Shown in pieces: positions 63,385 through 64,000 of a stretch of DNA of 64,000 nt. The position numbers and the translations under genes were made by a program. Under the pieces are notes generated by a model. That model saw only the letters and a list, made by a program, of their open reading frames with translations, made no database searches and had not been told where the DNA came from. The DNA is from Lytechinus pictus (Eukaryota). Location of the stretch: NCBI RefSeq assembly GCF_037042905.1, contig NC_087251.1, positions 18,416,001 through 18,480,000 of the forward strand, read 5' to 3'. How positions within the stretch are numbered: the first letter of the stretch is position 1; each line of letters begins with the position of its first letter.

Positions 63385-64000
63385 CCTCATATACATTATG
63401 TACTGTGCACATCAAATATACAAGATTATTGCAAGAGATTATTCTTTGCAATCTAGTCTGCCATTACTATCACACAATACACCCAATAATCTCAGTATAT
63501 TGCATGGTGGGTATGTGCCGTTCTGGCAGCATTGATTCACTACAATGAGCTGTAATTTTGGTGAAAAGCGGCCGCAGAGCGCTGTCTGACTATCGCCTCT
63601 GCACAAGCGCACCCGGCGCCTGTGCCGCCGGGCTAGCTGCATGCACGTATGCCTGTTCCATAGGGATGCATACGCACTCACACGCAGGCAACCCATTCCA
63701 AGGACCCCGTTTTCACAAACAATAAGCCCGCTCCACAGCCCCCGTTTTTTGTCTCGCCCGCAGCACATACCAACCACTTTTTTGGTCGAGTACCCCCCCC
63801 CCCCCCCGGGGTCTTACAGACAGCAGAATCCTGACATCGAGGCAGTAGCCAGACCCTCAAAAAAGGGGAAAAAGGCCTTGTTTGTTCACTCGATTTCAAA
63901 ATTGCAAACAAAACTGGCCGATCAATATACCAATGGAGCATATGCGCAAACTAGACTCGGTCAGGATTCTGCTGTCCGTTAGAGTATGATTTATTTTTAT

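Noticed and set aside
63439..63982. ORFs of 87-113 aa at the window end
   Set aside because: No recognisable protein. The region is GC-rich repeat-like or promoter-like sequence containing a C-run and CCCGGG.

Overview
Animal genomic DNA, AT-rich and intron-rich. The repeat landscape looks like an invertebrate deuterostome such as a sea urchin (inference). Three spliced genes were reconstructed by hand with frame-consistent GT-AG junctions. (1) + strand, 12 coding exons (6797-15994, 518 aa): a TTL-family ATP-grasp ligase of the TTLL15/ttll-15 type, with an N-terminal type II membrane anchor and a Cys-rich C-terminus. (2) + strand, 2 exons (19908-20021, 27546-27641, 69 aa): cytochrome c oxidase subunit 8, absent from the ORF track. 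(3) - strand, 32 coding exons (62592-33792, 1335 aa): xanthine dehydrogenase, with two consecutive U12-type GT-AG introns. Introns and intergenic DNA hold a tRNA-derived SINE, a decayed L2/CR1-group LINE, a Penelope-like 3' fragment carrying a minimal hammerhead ribozyme, many non-autonomous DNA transposons (TA, TTAA, 3-, 6- and 8-bp target duplications, some nested), and many probable transposon excision footprints (TACATGTA and short palindromes between 7-8 bp duplications). The best novelty candidate is the apparently secretory-pathway TTL-like ligase.
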